A DNA stretch of 64,000 nucleotides from Mobula birostris (lineage: Eukaryota): contig NC_092374.1 of the NCBI RefSeq assembly GCF_030028105.1, positions 186,156,638 to 186,220,637 on the forward strand. Reading direction: 5' to 3'. Numbering within the stretch: the first letter of the stretch is position 1; the number at the start of each line of letters is the position of its first letter. Shown piece by piece: positions 61,701 through 64,000 of the stretch. The translations under genes were made by a program, and so were the position numbers. The notes below the pieces were generated by a model. That model saw only the letters and a program-made list of their open reading frames with translations, was not told the origin of the DNA and made no database searches.

Positions 61701-64000
61701 TAAATGTCCCATACCTGCATGCTTGAGAGTGAAGTCCGGCAAATCCTTCAAAAGATCGTGAAATTGCTTACTGAAATGAATTTGCTTAAGACAGATCAAT
61801 AGTATGTTGCCTCAAGGGAAATTGCAGTGAGAGTAATTCAAAAGAGGCATATTTACAAGCTTCGAAAGCAGCCTGCAAAACCTCGCCATGGTTCACCAGC
61901 ACCGTCTTGCACAAGGCAATAAATTCAACCTGAGAACATGGACATCCTAAGGGGAAGATTATTGCAGTCCATGTGCTTCACCTCTTACCTCTCTGTAGGT
62001 ATGTTATAAGATTAAGAATGTTACAAAACTATCAAAACACCCAGAAATGTAAATGTACTCAATGGCAGTGCTGGTGGTGGGGGCGAGGGGACTTTGGGCT
62101 GCATTCACTTTTTTGTAGGCTTTTCCGTTTAAGGGCATTGGTGTTTCCATACCGGGCTCTGATGCAACCAGTCAATATACTGTCCGCTGCACAACTATTG
62201 AAGTTAAAGTCTACCTGTTGCACCAGAGCTCTAGAGCTTCATTCCTGCCTTTCTGAGCGTTTAAGCTTGAGTGCTGTGTCAGGGGCATGCTTTGATATCT
62301 TTGCAGTATTGTTTACCCCATTCCAAATAGGTGACTTGTGAATAATTTGCATTTACGTTGAAAATACAGCAACTTCATGTTAAGAATTAAATATTAGTGA
62401 GGACCCTAATGGGACTAGGTTTTAACATCAAATTAGAGTTAAGATCAGAAAATGCTGGAAACGCTCAGCGAGTCGGGTAGCATCCATGGAAAGAGAAGCA
62501 GCGCTAACGTTTCAGGTCAGAGACCCTTGGTAAAAGTGAGACAACAAGTTAGGTTTAAGTCAGTGAGGATGGGGGAAGGAATGCAAAGGACAAAGGGAGA
62601 ATGTCTGACAGGGTTAGCTCATGATCGCCATGGTGCTAAGCTGTGTGGCTGATAGATTATTAGCTGCTGTTAGAGAATGAGAGAGAAAGCAAAGAAGGGA
62701 ACGGTGTAAAGGCCGTGAAATTTGAATTTCATACTGAGTCCAAAGACTAACGTGCTAAGTTAATGTGAACCAGCTGTGGTAAACTGATGGAAGAGCATTG
62801 AAAGTTAACAATGTAGGAACAAATTGACATTTCAGGTGCGGCTGCCACAAGTACAAAGAGACCATGCCTATCTTTGTACTAACTGATTTCTATCGGTAAA
62901 CTCACACTTTAACTTAGCACAATATACTTTTTCATTTTTTGAGGTAAACTTTATGCACCTTGTAACATTTATTTCCTGTGAAGTTGAAGCTGCAAATAAC
63001 CTTTTCCTTAATGATAACAAGACTTAGGAGATGGTTATCAATTTCAGGAGAACTCACACTTCTCTTTACAGCGGCAGCACAGCAGTGGAAACCGCAACCT
63101 CTCATGGCCCCAGAATACATCCTACACCCTACACAATCTAGAAAGTTCAGCAATACCTGTCCCTTGTGAGGAGGCTGAAGAGGGATGGACCATGCACCTC
63201 ACTACTCACAGGCTACAGATGCATAGCAGAGAGTATCCTAACAGACGGCACAGACACTGCACTGCGGCAGAAAGGGAGGCTCTGCAACAGCAAGTCAAAC
63301 TGCCCAATTCACTGGCACGAGCTCATCTGCCATCAGGGACAGAAAGGTGCCAGAAAACGGCCAGGAATATCCTGAAGGACCGCTTGCCCCATTCCTATCA
63401 GGGAGGAGGCTACATAACATACACGGCAGGACCACCAGTCTCAAAAGCAATTTGCTTTCCCCAAGCTGTAAGGCTGAACCTTCACATACTAACCAAACCC
63501 CCTACTTTATCATTTCCTGTCAGTCTCCTTACGTATAGACACTCTTGTGCCTAGTGTTATTTTATGGACATACAATCAATCGATCTATATAAGCTAATGT
63601 GTATTTATATTCCTCTATTATTGCGTTTTTTATCTAATTGTGTGTGTTTTTGTGCTGTGTCAGATCTGGAGCAACAATTATTTTATTCTCCTACACATGT
63701 GTGTACTGGGAATGGCACTAAACAATCTTGAATCTTGAATCTGCTTTTAACCCGGTTGTATCTCTTGCAGTAACCACCCAGGCACATTTTCACTTGACAC
63801 GCTTCCGTGACCACACAGAACACCACTGCTTGCTGCACCTCCTCAGAGTGGATTACATTAGCTTCATTTGTCACATGTACATTGAAACATAAAGTGAAAT
63901 ATGTAGCTTGCATTGGAGAAGACTGGGGCACCAGGAGGAAATCCACACAGTCGAGTGGCAAACATACAAAACACCTGAGAGACGGCAGTGGCAATTGAAC

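Noticed and set aside
61985-62080. - strand donor ACAGAGAG|gtaaga resembling the TM exon donor
   Set aside because: Stop codons in all three frames within about 40 nt upstream.
1-64000. CRISPR arrays, tRNA/rRNA genes, viral or prokaryotic ORFs
   Set aside because: None seen. tRNA-like heads belong to SINEs, and recurrent short motifs are dispersed transposon pieces rather than spaced arrays.

Overview
Vertebrate genomic DNA, most likely from a cartilaginous fish (probably a ray or skate). This is inferred from the repeat content: CR1/HER1-like and Rex1/Babar LINEs, V-SINEs and Penelope elements. Most of the window is transposon debris, and nearly all ORF-track ORFs are repeat fragments or noise. 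One spliced gene could be assembled by eye on the + strand: possible exon 11028-11096, leader exon 11491-11578, Ig V exon 12218-12601, transmembrane exon 17548-17644 and a probable tail exon from 28842/28851. It encodes a roughly 200 aa single-V-domain type I membrane receptor of the CD2/SLAM/CEACAM/HEPACAM type. The V domain has no canonical disulfide, the TM segment contains an Arg, and the tail is short. An inverted homologue of the tail exon lies at 49397-49571 (-), and weaker paralog-like exon remnants lie near 41.4 kb and 62-63 kb, suggesting a diversifying immune-receptor cluster. The second main theme is a family of very short (about 110-180 bp) Penelope-derived insertions built around a type I hammerhead ribozyme. 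Several have their own target-site duplications and share one fold-back architecture. All coordinates, alignments and splice models were made by eye; no searches were run.
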